From assembly GCA_037444665.1 (NCBI GenBank), contig JBBILZ010000041.1, positions 1 through 22,288 on the forward strand: a stretch of DNA of 22,288 nucleotides. The letters are read 5' to 3'. The translations under genes and the position numbers were made by a program. The notes under the pieces are model-generated. The model saw nothing but the letters and a program-made list of their open reading frames with translations, was not told the origin of the DNA and ran no database searches. The DNA comes from a candidate division WOR-3 bacterium (GTDB lineage Bacteria; Hydrothermota; Tepidihabitantia; SM23-42; JAOAFX01). This document shows positions 1 through 8,211 of the stretch, in pieces (position 1 is the first letter of the stretch; every line of letters begins with the position of its first letter).

Positions 1-24
1 ACATACGACCTAAAGGAGGTCATA

Positions 25-315
25 ATGAATATATATGTGGGAAATCTCTCACGAGATGTCACAGATGAAGACCTACGCAAAACATTTGAGGCTTTTGGGC
101 AGGTTCTATCTGCGGTAGTCATCAAGGATAAGTTTACCGGTGAATCACGGGGATTCGGATTTGTAGAAATGCCCAGCAATAATGAAGCGAAGGCAGCAAT
201 ACAGGGGTTAAATGGTTCGGTTTTAAACGGGAGACCAATGAATATAAATGAAGCACGCCCCAGAGTTGATAAAGGTAGAAGACCAATGAGGGGAAAGAGA
301 ACGAGAAATTATTGA
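25..315 (+). CDS. RRM (RNP-1) single-domain RNA-binding protein
   Basis: RNP2 'IYVGNL', RNP1 'RGFGFVEM', then 'INEARP' and an Arg/Gly-rich tail. SD AGGAGGT at 14-20. Confidence 0.95.
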   Translation: MNIYVGNLSRDVTDEDLRKTFEAFGQVLSAVVIKDKFTGESRGFGFVEMPSNNEAKAAIQGLNGSVLNGRPMNINEARPRVDKGRRPMRGKRTRNY

Positions 316-392
316 TTTTTTAAAATAAAAAGCAGTAAGTCATAATTGTTCATTCAGGAGTTTTGTTATAGAAAATTAGTCTTGCAAAAACA

Positions 393-420
393 TTGACTGC
401 ATTCTGTTAGTGTATATAAT
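393..420 (+). promoter_or_regulatory. sigma70-type promoter, probably leaderless, for the TMTC-like gene
   Basis: TTGACT (393-398), 16 bp, TATAAT (415-420). ATG follows 6 nt later at 427 with no SD. Confidence 0.75.
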
Positions 421-426
421 AAAATA

Positions 427-1947
427 ATGGAGCAGAGACCGAAGTACAGATTTGTTTATTATGGTATACCCATTATCCTCAATATAATTCTTTACGCACA
501 CGGCCTTACAGGCGATTTTATCTGGGATGACCGCTCACTGATTCTACAAAATCCGTATGTTCAGGGTTCTAAAAATATATTGGAAATTTTCGGACAGTCG
601 TTGAAAATATTTGGTGAAGATTATGGTTATTATCGTCCCCTATCCATTATATCTTTTGCCTTTGATTATTTGCTCTGGCAAAAGAACGCCTTTGGTTTCC
701 ATCTCACAAACCTTATACTCCATATTTTTGTAATTATCTGCCTTGTTTATTTTTGTCATCAATTATTTGGTTTTACCCAGGCAATTTTAATTTCCACCTT
801 ATTTACTACATTTGCAGTTCATGTTGAAAATGTTGTCTTTATTAGTGGCAGAATGGATATTCTAACAACACTATTTATGTTATTATGTCTCATAACATAT
901 TTTTTTGTAGAGAAGATCCCATTATTATTACGATTGTTGTTGTGTTATATTTTCTCGTTGCTGGCACTACTGTCTAAGGAAGTTGCATTTGTATTAGTTT
1001 TAATATTTGTTTTGGTTATTATTGCAAAAATTCCGCGTGAACAATGGAAAATTCATTTTTTAAGAGGATTAATATTTATTGGTGGTTCTGTTATAAGCTA
1101 TATGATTATGCGTGCAGTATTACTTGAAAAACTGGTTCCTGAATCTCCAGTAGTAACCACGCCTTTTTTGATTCGGATTATAAATATACCACGATTAACT
1201 CTTTTTTATTTACAACTTCTATTGCTTCCTTTTAATCTAAATGCACGACACTATGAATTTGTTATGAGTAATGAACAATTCATTAGCCTATTTTTTTCCA
1301 TTGTTGTTTTAGCGATAATAATTTTCATTGTTGTATGTGTAACAAAGAAATGGCAAATTAGATTTGGGATTCTTTGGTTTTTTATTGGATTGTTGCCGGT
1401 AATAAATATCTTTCCATTATCAGGAGTACCCGTTGCGGAAAGGTTTTTGTATTTTCCTTCTATTGGATTGGCGATATTACTAACAGGATTAATTGCTTCA
1501 GATGGCTCAATGATAAAAAAAATAAATTTAAAAGATTTTGTGATAAGAATTATTATTTTTTTAATTGCTATAATCAACATCGTCTTTACTTTTATACGCA
1601 TTCCAGCATGGCGGGATGAGGAAACATTCTTTAAAACAATGATCGCCCAGAATCAAAAATCACCACTTGCCCATCATAATCTTGGATACTATTATTATCG
1701 GCAGGGAGATTGGCATAGGGCAGAAATAGAGTTTAAAAAGGCAATTACGCTCAATCCCTATTTTCCAGCCCCGCATGCCTCCCTTGGTGATATCTATACC
1801 CGCACAGGTCGTTATCAGGAGGCAATAAATGAATATAATAATTATTTGCGTTTATTACCTGGCGCCCCTAATCGTATGGCGACAATTTCGCGCATCAAAG
1901 AGTTGCAAAATTTATTAAACAATGCGCAAAAAGATAGCCAGAAATAA
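427..1947 (+). CDS. TMTC-like GT-C membrane glycosyltransferase (protein O-mannosyltransferase-like) with C-terminal TPR repeats
   Basis: Many hydrophobic segments. Family motifs 'FIWDD', 'YYRPL', 'FHLTNLILH', 'HVENV..SGRMD', 'LLSKE', 'AERFLYFPS', 'WRDE'. TPRs 'AHHNLGYYY...KKAITLNP' and 'HASLGDIY...LRLLP'. Confidence 0.85.
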   Translation: MEQRPKYRFVYYGIPIILNIILYAHGLTGDFIWDDRSLILQNPYVQGSKNILEIFGQSLKIFGEDYGYYRPLSIISFAFDYLLWQKNAFGFHLTNLILHIFVIICLVYFCHQLFGFTQAILISTLFTTFAVHVENVVFISGRMDILTTLFMLLCLITYFFVEKIPLLLRLLLCYIFSLLALLSKEVAFVLVLIFVLVIIAKIPREQWKIHFLRGLIFIGGSVISYMIMRAVLLEKLVPESPVVTTPFLIRIINIPRLTLFYLQLLLLPFNLNARHYEFVMSNEQFISLFFSIVVLAIIIFIVVCVTKKWQIRFGILWFFIGLLPVINIFPLSGVPVAERFLYFPSIGLAILLTGLIASDGSMIKKINLKDFVIRIIIFLIAIINIVFTFIRIPAWRDEETFFKTMIAQNQKSPLAHHNLGYYYYRQGDWHRAEIEFKKAITLNPYFPAPHASLGDIYTRTGRYQEAINEYNNYLRLLPGAPNRMATISRIKELQNLLNNAQKDSQK

Positions 1948-1954
1948 TTGGTGC

Positions 1955-1982
1955 TTGACTTTTTTGCTAAAATGTGGATAAT
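1955..1982 (+). promoter_or_regulatory. sigma70-type promoter of the rpsO-pnp operon
   Basis: TTGACT (1955-1960), 16 bp, GATAAT (1977-1982). SD AAGGAG at 2004-2009. Confidence 0.55.
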
Positions 1983-2017
1983 TAAGAGTAAAGATTTAAT
2001 TGAAAGGAGATTCTAAA

Positions 2018-2287
2018 ATGGCATTGCTTAAAGAAAAGAAAAAGGAATTGATTAATAATTTTAAACGGCATGATAAAGATACTGGTTCACCAGAAGTGCA
2101 GATTGCCCTTCTCAGTGAGCGGATTAAAATTCTTACTGAACACCTGAAGCAGTTCCCAAAAGATAAACATTCAAGACAGGGTTTAATAAAGATGGTAAAT
2201 GATAGAAGGCGCCATCTTAATTATCTTTTAAGAAAGGATAAAGCCCGTTATCTTAAAGTTGTTGATGAACTTGGTTTGAGAAGGTAA
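2018..2287 (+). CDS. rpsO: 30S ribosomal protein S15
   Basis: '[12 protein letters not shown]', '[13 protein letters not shown]', 'RRRHLNYL', 'LGLRR'. ATG at 2018 follows an SD and is preferred over TTG at 2000, giving 89 aa. Confidence 0.98.
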   Translation: MALLKEKKKELINNFKRHDKDTGSPEVQIALLSERIKILTEHLKQFPKDKHSRQGLIKMVNDRRRHLNYLLRKDKARYLKVVDELGLRR

Positions 2288-2288
2288 A

Positions 2289-4338
2289 TTGTATTCGGTT
2301 GAGTTAAAGGTTGGAGAAAAAAGTTTACGCCTTGAAAGTGGGAGGGTTGCCCGGCAATCAGCAGGTGAAGTGCTTGTTTCTTATGGCGATACAGTTGTTC
2401 TGGTCTGTGTTAATTACAATGTAGAAACTGATAAGACTGTAGATTTTTTACCGCTCACTGTTGAATATCGCGAGCTCTCTTTTGCGGCTGGTAAAATTCC
2501 CGGTGGTTTTATAAAAAGAGAGACCCGACCTTCAGATAACGAGATTCTATCATCCAGACTCATAGACCGTCCTTTACGACCCCTTTTCCCGCCAAACTTT
2601 CGTAACGAAGTTCAAATCATCGCATATTTATTATCTTCAGATGCTGAGCATGAGGCAGATACCCTCGGTATTATTGGCGCAGCAACTGCACTTCTAACCA
2701 GCGAGATTCCTTTTACGATTCCTGTGGCAGGGGTAAAGGTAGGGCTTCTGGACGGTAAATATATTGTTAATCCGACACTTGCACAACAGGAGAAATGTAA
2801 AGTAAATCTTGTTATTGCAGGGACTAAAGATGCAGTAGTAATGATTGAAGGTGGGGCAAGAGAGGCAACTGAAGAAGAGATTATTGAGGCAATAAAATTT
2901 GGGCAGGTTGAATGTGCACGGATTGTTGAAATAGAAGAAAAGATGCGTGAAGCAGTTGGAAAAGAAAAGGTTGAACTTACTGAACCATTTGTTGATGAGG
3001 CATTAAGCGCAGAAATAAAAGAAAAGATTGGCGCAGAGATAAATCAGATTTTTTTATTCAAAGAGAAAAAAGCGCGCCAGGAAGCTGGATACCAGTTAGT
3101 CCAGAATGTTGCAGAGAAAATGGTTGATAAGCAGGATGAATTGATTGAAGCAAAGATTAGATTCATTCTTGACCAGATGATTGCTGAGAGAATGCGTGAT
3201 ATGATTATTAAAGAAAAAAAACGTCTTGATGGCAGGGGTCTTAAGGATATTAGAAGTATCTCGTGTGAAATTGGTGTTCTTCCCCGGACACATGGTTCCG
3301 CCCTTTTTACCCGTGGTCAGACACAGAGCCTTGCGGTAACAACTCTGGGAACAAAAAGCGACGAGCAACGGATTGATGCAATTTATGGCGAGGAATCAAA
3401 ATCATTTATGCTACATTATAATTTCCCGCCATTTGCTACGGGTGAAGTCAGACCAATAAGGGGCCTGAGCCGTAGAGAGATCGGGCATGGTGCGCTCGCA
3501 GAGCGGGCAATTTTGCCGGTATTACCCAGTGAAGATTCCTTTCCGTATACAATACGTGTGGTTTCCAATATCCTTGAATCCAATGGTTCTTCTTCAATGG
3601 CAAGCGTATGCAGCGCTTCACTCAGTTGCTGGGATTTCTATAGGACTGGTAAAAGAAGGTGAAAATTATGAATTGCTAACTGATATTATTGGCGATGAAG
3701 ACCATTATGGTGATATGGATTTTAAGGTGGCGGGAACGAATAATGGTGTTACTGCAATACAACTTGACCTTAAGATTCAAGGATTAGATATTGAAATTCT
3801 TAAGAATGCCCTTTCCATCGCCCGTGAGGCAAGAGAAAACATTTTGAAGATTATGGGTAGTACAATAAGTTCACCAAGAACCCATCTTTCAAAATATGCA
3901 CCAAAAATTTTAGCCTTCTTCGTGCCTAAAGCAAAGATTGGTGAGGTAATTGGTCCTGGCGGTAAAGTAATTAGAAGGATCATTGGAGAATCAGACTTAA
4001 AGATTGATATTGATGATGATGGGAAGGTAACAATTGCAGGAACTGATGCTGAACTTGTAAAAAAAGCTCAGAATGAAATATTAGGTATTGTGCAGGAGGC
4101 TGAGGTTGGTAAGATATATCAGGGTAAGGTAACAAGAATTACAAACTTTGGTGCCTTTGTGGAAATTTTACCAGGTAAAGAAGGTCTATTACATATTTCC
4201 AAACTCAGTCGTCAGCGTGTGCGCCGTGTAGAAGATGTAGTAAAATTAGGCGATGAAATTGTGGTCAAAGTTTATGAGATTGATGAGCAGGGTAGGATTA
4301 ACCTGATGCGTGTAGGTGAAGATTGGCATCGCCAATAA
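2289..4338 (+). pseudogene. pnp: Polyribonucleotide nucleotidyltransferase (PNPase), frameshifted at ~3623-3627 (real lesion or assembly error)
   Basis: ORF 2289..3662 carries 'DFLPLTVEYRE', 'GKIPGGFIKRE', 'SRLIDRPLRPLF', 'HGSALFTRGQTQ', 'SRREIGHG', 'ESNGSSSMASVC'. The +1 frame from 3625 continues 'VAGISIGL..DIIGDEDHYGDMDFKVAG', KH 'IGPGGK' and S1 'FGAFVEILPGKEGLLHIS'. The conserved 'LMDAGVP' segment is missing at the junction. Confidence 0.93.
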
Positions 4339-5603
4339 ATAATTCAATAATTGTTAACAATATAAATTCAGAAATTAAAATTGTTGGGGAGCATTTGCCT
4401 CAGTACTATTCTTTTGCCCTCGGATTATTTATTAATCGTGGTTCGCGCGACGAGAGCAGGAAAGACAATGGTATTACCCACCTGATTGAGCATATGCTTT
4501 TCAAAGGTACATCAAGGAAATCAGCACTGGAGATTGTGCAGATGATTGAAGGCTTGGGTGGCTCTTTTGATGCCTTTACAACCAAAGAGAATCTCGTTAT
4601 CGTTACCCGATTCCTTTCTGAACACTTTATTAAAGTTTTTGAATTAATCTGTGAAATTCTTTTAGAGTCCAGGTTTGGTGAGGAAGAGTTTTTAAAAGAA
4701 AAATCAGTAATTATTGAAGAGATAAAGTCCAATAACGAAGACCCGGCAGAGTATGTCTATGACCTAATGTTTGATGCTATTTTTAAAAATCATCCAATGG
4801 CAATGCCGATTGCTGGAACCGTAGAATCAGTATCAGAGTTGAACTTGAACAATGTCCAGCGTCATTATCAGGAATTATTAAAAAGCCGGATTGTTATTGC
4901 GGTGAGCGGGAATTTTAACTATGCGGAACTACTTGAAGCAGCACGCAACAAATTTACATCAGTGTGTCAGACTACAGATGAACGCAAAGTGCCGGAACCA
5001 TATCAACCCAGAACTGTTTTTCAGACCCGGAATGATATCTCGCAGGTTCATCTTGTTTTTTGTATTCCTGCTGTTGCATATTCATCAAATCTTCGGCATC
5101 CATTATTGCTTTTGACCACAATGCTCGGTGGTGGTATGTCTTCGCGTCTGTTCCAGGGATTACGAGAGCAAAAGGGTTTGGTCTATGATGTCCATTCCTT
5201 TATAGATTTTTATAGTGATTGTGGAGTGCTTGGATTTTATTTGAGTGCGGATAAGAAAAACATTGATAAAATTATAACACAATTAAAAAGTATCTTCAGA
5301 GAATTATATAAAAATGGTTTTGCCAAAGATGAAATTGAAATCGCCAAAACCTATGTTACGGGAAATTTTTTATTAAGTCTGGAAAATTCATCAAACAGAA
5401 TGTTGAGGATTGGGAGGGAAGTGTCATATCTGAATAAAACTATTGCTATTGATGAGATAGTGAAAATGATTAATAAAATAGATGAAAAAGAGATTAACGG
5501 TTTTGTTAATGAATATCTTGATCTGGGCAGATACTCAATTGCTGCAGTAGGTCCGATAGATGAAAAAAATATTAATAAAATAAAAGGGCAGTTAAAGGAG
5601 TAG
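4323..5603 (+). CDS. M16 (pitrilysin/insulinase family) zinc peptidase
   Basis: Inverted zinc motif 'HLIEHMLFKGT', 'AFTTKE', 'EKSVIIEEI', 'LGGGMSSRLFQGLREQKGLVY'. A position downstream of pnp is common for this family. The TTG start is uncertain. Confidence 0.93.
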   Translation: MASPINNSIIVNNINSEIKIVGEHLPQYYSFALGLFINRGSRDESRKDNGITHLIEHMLFKGTSRKSALEIVQMIEGLGGSFDAFTTKENLVIVTRFLSEHFIKVFELICEILLESRFGEEEFLKEKSVIIEEIKSNNEDPAEYVYDLMFDAIFKNHPMAMPIAGTVESVSELNLNNVQRHYQELLKSRIVIAVSGNFNYAELLEAARNKFTSVCQTTDERKVPEPYQPRTVFQTRNDISQVHLVFCIPAVAYSSNLRHPLLLLTTMLGGGMSSRLFQGLREQKGLVYDVHSFIDFYSDCGVLGFYLSADKKNIDKIITQLKSIFRELYKNGFAKDEIEIAKTYVTGNFLLSLENSSNRMLRIGREVSYLNKTIAIDEIVKMINKIDEKEINGFVNEYLDLGRYSIAAVGPIDEKNINKIKGQLKE

Positions 5604-5604
5604 T

Positions 5605-6900
5605 ATGAATTTATTATTGATCGCACCGGCGAATGTGGATGAAAAGAGAAGAGGGATGCAGGGAAAGGCATTCCAACTTCCACCTTTTTCACTGGCAGCG
5701 GTTGCATCAGCGACCCCTGAGAATGTGAATATAAGGATTCTTGATGAGGCAATAGAACCAGTAGACTATAATTATCCTGCAGACCTTGTTGGTATTACAG
5801 TTTTAACAAGGTTTGCGCCCCATGCCTATGAGATCGCAGATGAATTTAGAAAAAGGGGGGTAAAAGTTGTGCTTGGCGGTTTGCATCCATCTGTTTTACC
5901 TGATGAGGCAATTCAGCATGCAGATAGTGTTGTGATTGGTGAGGCAGAAGGTGCCTGGAATCTTTTAATTAATGATTTTGAAAAAAACAAATTAAAGAAA
6001 TTCTATAAAAATAGTGATTTTCCGGATTTGAAAAACATAAAGAGTCCCAGAAGGGATCTATTTAAAAAAGCACGCTATCTATTCACTGGTATGGTGCAGA
6101 CCACAAGGGGCTGTCCATTCAATTGTAGTTTCTGCAGTGTTACAAATTTTTTTGGAGGGAGATACAGGACCAGGCCAGTAGAATGTGTAATAAAAGAGAT
6201 TCGGAGTTTAAAGACAAAATTTATTGGCTTTTCTGATGATAATATTTTTGGTAACAGGATATATGCGCGTAAATTGTTCAATGCCCTTAAATACGAAGGA
6301 GTAATATGGATGGCGCAGTCGTCCATAAATATTGCTGATGACCCGGAACTACTCCATCTTGCCGCGCGCAGTGGTTGTAAAGGTCTATTTGTTGGTTTGG
6401 AATCAGCAGATGCGGAGTCACTGGTGCAGATGCACAAAGGATTTCAGAAACCACAAAAATTTGCAGAGAGCGTGGCAAGACTGCATGATGAGGGCATCGG
6501 GATAATGGGTGCATTTGTTCTGGGCAGTGACAATGAAGATACCTCAATTTTTCAGAAGACCCTGGAGTTTGCCAGGAAAATAAAACTTGACCTGGCACAA
6601 TTTTCAATTTTAACCCCTTATCCTGGGACAGTGCTATATAATAAACTACTAAAAGAGAATAGAATCTTTAATTTTGATTGGGCAAAGTATGATGCTGGCA
6701 ATGCTGTTTTCAGACCCTTAAAGATGACCGCTGAAAAACTAAAAGAAGAAGTTGATAAATTATGGCGAGAATTTTACAGATTTGATGAAATTTTATTCAG
6801 GTTATTAACCCTGGGTAAAAGATTGCCAATCCAGATATTACCGCTTCTCCTTTTAAATATCAGCTTTAAAAAAGAGATTGCAGCTACACAGAATTTGTGA
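5605..6900 (+). CDS. Cobalamin (B12)-binding domain radical SAM protein
   Basis: N-terminal B12-binding domain 'VVLGGLHPS...VVIGEAE', CxxxCxxC 'RGCPFNCSFC', 'DDN', 'VGLES', 'ILTPYPGT'. Confidence 0.92.
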   Translation: MNLLLIAPANVDEKRRGMQGKAFQLPPFSLAAVASATPENVNIRILDEAIEPVDYNYPADLVGITVLTRFAPHAYEIADEFRKRGVKVVLGGLHPSVLPDEAIQHADSVVIGEAEGAWNLLINDFEKNKLKKFYKNSDFPDLKNIKSPRRDLFKKARYLFTGMVQTTRGCPFNCSFCSVTNFFGGRYRTRPVECVIKEIRSLKTKFIGFSDDNIFGNRIYARKLFNALKYEGVIWMAQSSINIADDPELLHLAARSGCKGLFVGLESADAESLVQMHKGFQKPQKFAESVARLHDEGIGIMGAFVLGSDNEDTSIFQKTLEFARKIKLDLAQFSILTPYPGTVLYNKLLKENRIFNFDWAKYDAGNAVFRPLKMTAEKLKEEVDKLWREFYRFDEILFRLLTLGKRLPIQILPLLLLNISFKKEIAATQNL

Positions 6901-8051
6901 AAATAAAGGTAAAGCCTGAAGATTTTGTCGTTGAAGAGATTATTGGGCTACCAATTTCAAAATCAGGTGCTTATACATTATTAAAACTTCAGAAATCTTA
7001 CTGGAATACCCTTGATGTAATAAATTTCGTTGTTAGAAAATGCTCTGTATCAAAAGAAAGGTTTTCAAGGGCAGGGTTAAAAGATAGATATTCATTAGCC
7101 ACACAATATTTAACATTTAGGGGAGTATTTAATAATGTAATTGAGGAAAAGAATTTTAAACTTGTGCCAATTGGTAGGGTTGCAGTACCGATCTCTCCGG
7201 AACATCTGAAGGCGAATAGATTCTCTATCACAGTGCGCGGACTAAATAATGATGAGATAGAGAAAGGGTTCAAGAATTATCAGGAAATTTTGAAATCTGG
7301 TTTTCCAAATTATTTTGATGAGCAGAGATTTGGTTCAGCACGGCATCGCCGTGGTTTTTTTGCCCGGTTGCTTATGCTCGGTCATTATCAAGGCGCTCTG
7401 AAACTCCTGATGTGCTATCCTTATAAAGAGGATAATAAAAAAATTAAGATTTTCAAAAAATTTTGTGCTGAAAACTGGGGTAGATGGTCAGAGTGTTTAA
7501 AATTTGCTCCAGTAGAATATAAAAGAATTCTGTTTTTTTTAAAAGACCATCCGAATGATTTCAAAAATGCAATAAAACAGATTGAGCGTGAGATGCTCAA
7601 TCTTTATTTACTTGCCTATCAATCTTATTTATTCAACGAAATGTTGAATTTGGTAATAAAAAAGTTTGGAATAGGAAATGTTGAGTTTCCATATTCAATG
7701 GGGAAATATATTTTCTACCATAATTTAAAAAAATTTGATTTTATTAAAAATATGCATCTACCAATGGTAAATGAAAAAACAGAATTGTCAGGTAGTTCTG
7801 GTGAAATAATAAAGGAAGTTCTGGATGGTGAGCAGATAAAATTGAATGATTTCAAATTGAATAAGATGAGGTTTCGCGGTGTCAGATTCAAAGGTTTCTT
7901 TAGAAAGGCAATTATCATTCCTGAAAAATTTACAATCGCTGAGCCTGAAGACGATGAGATATATAAAAACAAAAAAAAGGTTTTAATAAATGTACTTTTG
8001 CCACCGGGTTCTTATGCCACAATCCTTATTAAACGGCTGTTCTTGCAATAA
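6897..8051 (+). CDS. truD: tRNA pseudouridine(13) synthase TruD
   Basis: 'PEDFVVEE', catalytic 'AGLKD', 'NRFSITVR', 'PNYFDEQRFG', 'AYQSYLFN', 'LPPGSYAT'. GTG start overlaps the upstream TGA (GTGA). Confidence 0.93.
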   Translation: MKIKVKPEDFVVEEIIGLPISKSGAYTLLKLQKSYWNTLDVINFVVRKCSVSKERFSRAGLKDRYSLATQYLTFRGVFNNVIEEKNFKLVPIGRVAVPISPEHLKANRFSITVRGLNNDEIEKGFKNYQEILKSGFPNYFDEQRFGSARHRRGFFARLLMLGHYQGALKLLMCYPYKEDNKKIKIFKKFCAENWGRWSECLKFAPVEYKRILFFLKDHPNDFKNAIKQIEREMLNLYLLAYQSYLFNEMLNLVIKKFGIGNVEFPYSMGKYIFYHNLKKFDFIKNMHLPMVNEKTELSGSSGEIIKEVLDGEQIKLNDFKLNKMRFRGVRFKGFFRKAIIIPEKFTIAEPEDDEIYKNKKKVLINVLLPPGSYATILIKRLFLQ

Positions 8052-8097
8052 TGGTTTGAAAGTTCATTATAAATAAAATCACTCCTGTATGAAATTT

Positions 8098-8120
8098 GTA
8101 GTTGCCCGATTCATCAGGCA
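8098..8120 (+). repeat. GTAG-type REP-like hairpin, copy 1
   Basis: GTAG-T-TGCCCGAT-TC-ATCAGGCA, an imperfect hairpin 3' of a GTAG tetranucleotide. Near-identical to 15071-15092 on the minus strand. Confidence 0.7.
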
Positions 8121-8135
8121 TTATATTACTCCCCC

Positions 8136-8163
8136 TTGACTTAGCAATTAATTTATTTAAAAT
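8136..8163 (+). promoter_or_regulatory. sigma70-type promoter of the secreted-protein cluster
   Basis: TTGACT (8136-8141), 16 bp, TAAAAT (8158-8163). Confidence 0.6.
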
Positions 8164-8211
8164 ATTATATTAGGTGGAAAATCATTGATTATTTGACAAC
8201 CAGGGGGTACT

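Noticed and set aside
1983..2017. S15 autoregulatory leader RNA
   Set aside because: The predicted 5' UTR is only ~30 nt and I see no convincing stem or pseudoknot.
3487..3662. Programmed +1 frameshift or genuine two-gene split PNPase
   Set aside because: About 11 conserved residues are missing at the junction and there is no evident slippery site. Residues 1-46 of ORF 3487..4338 are out-of-frame, non-homologous sequence.
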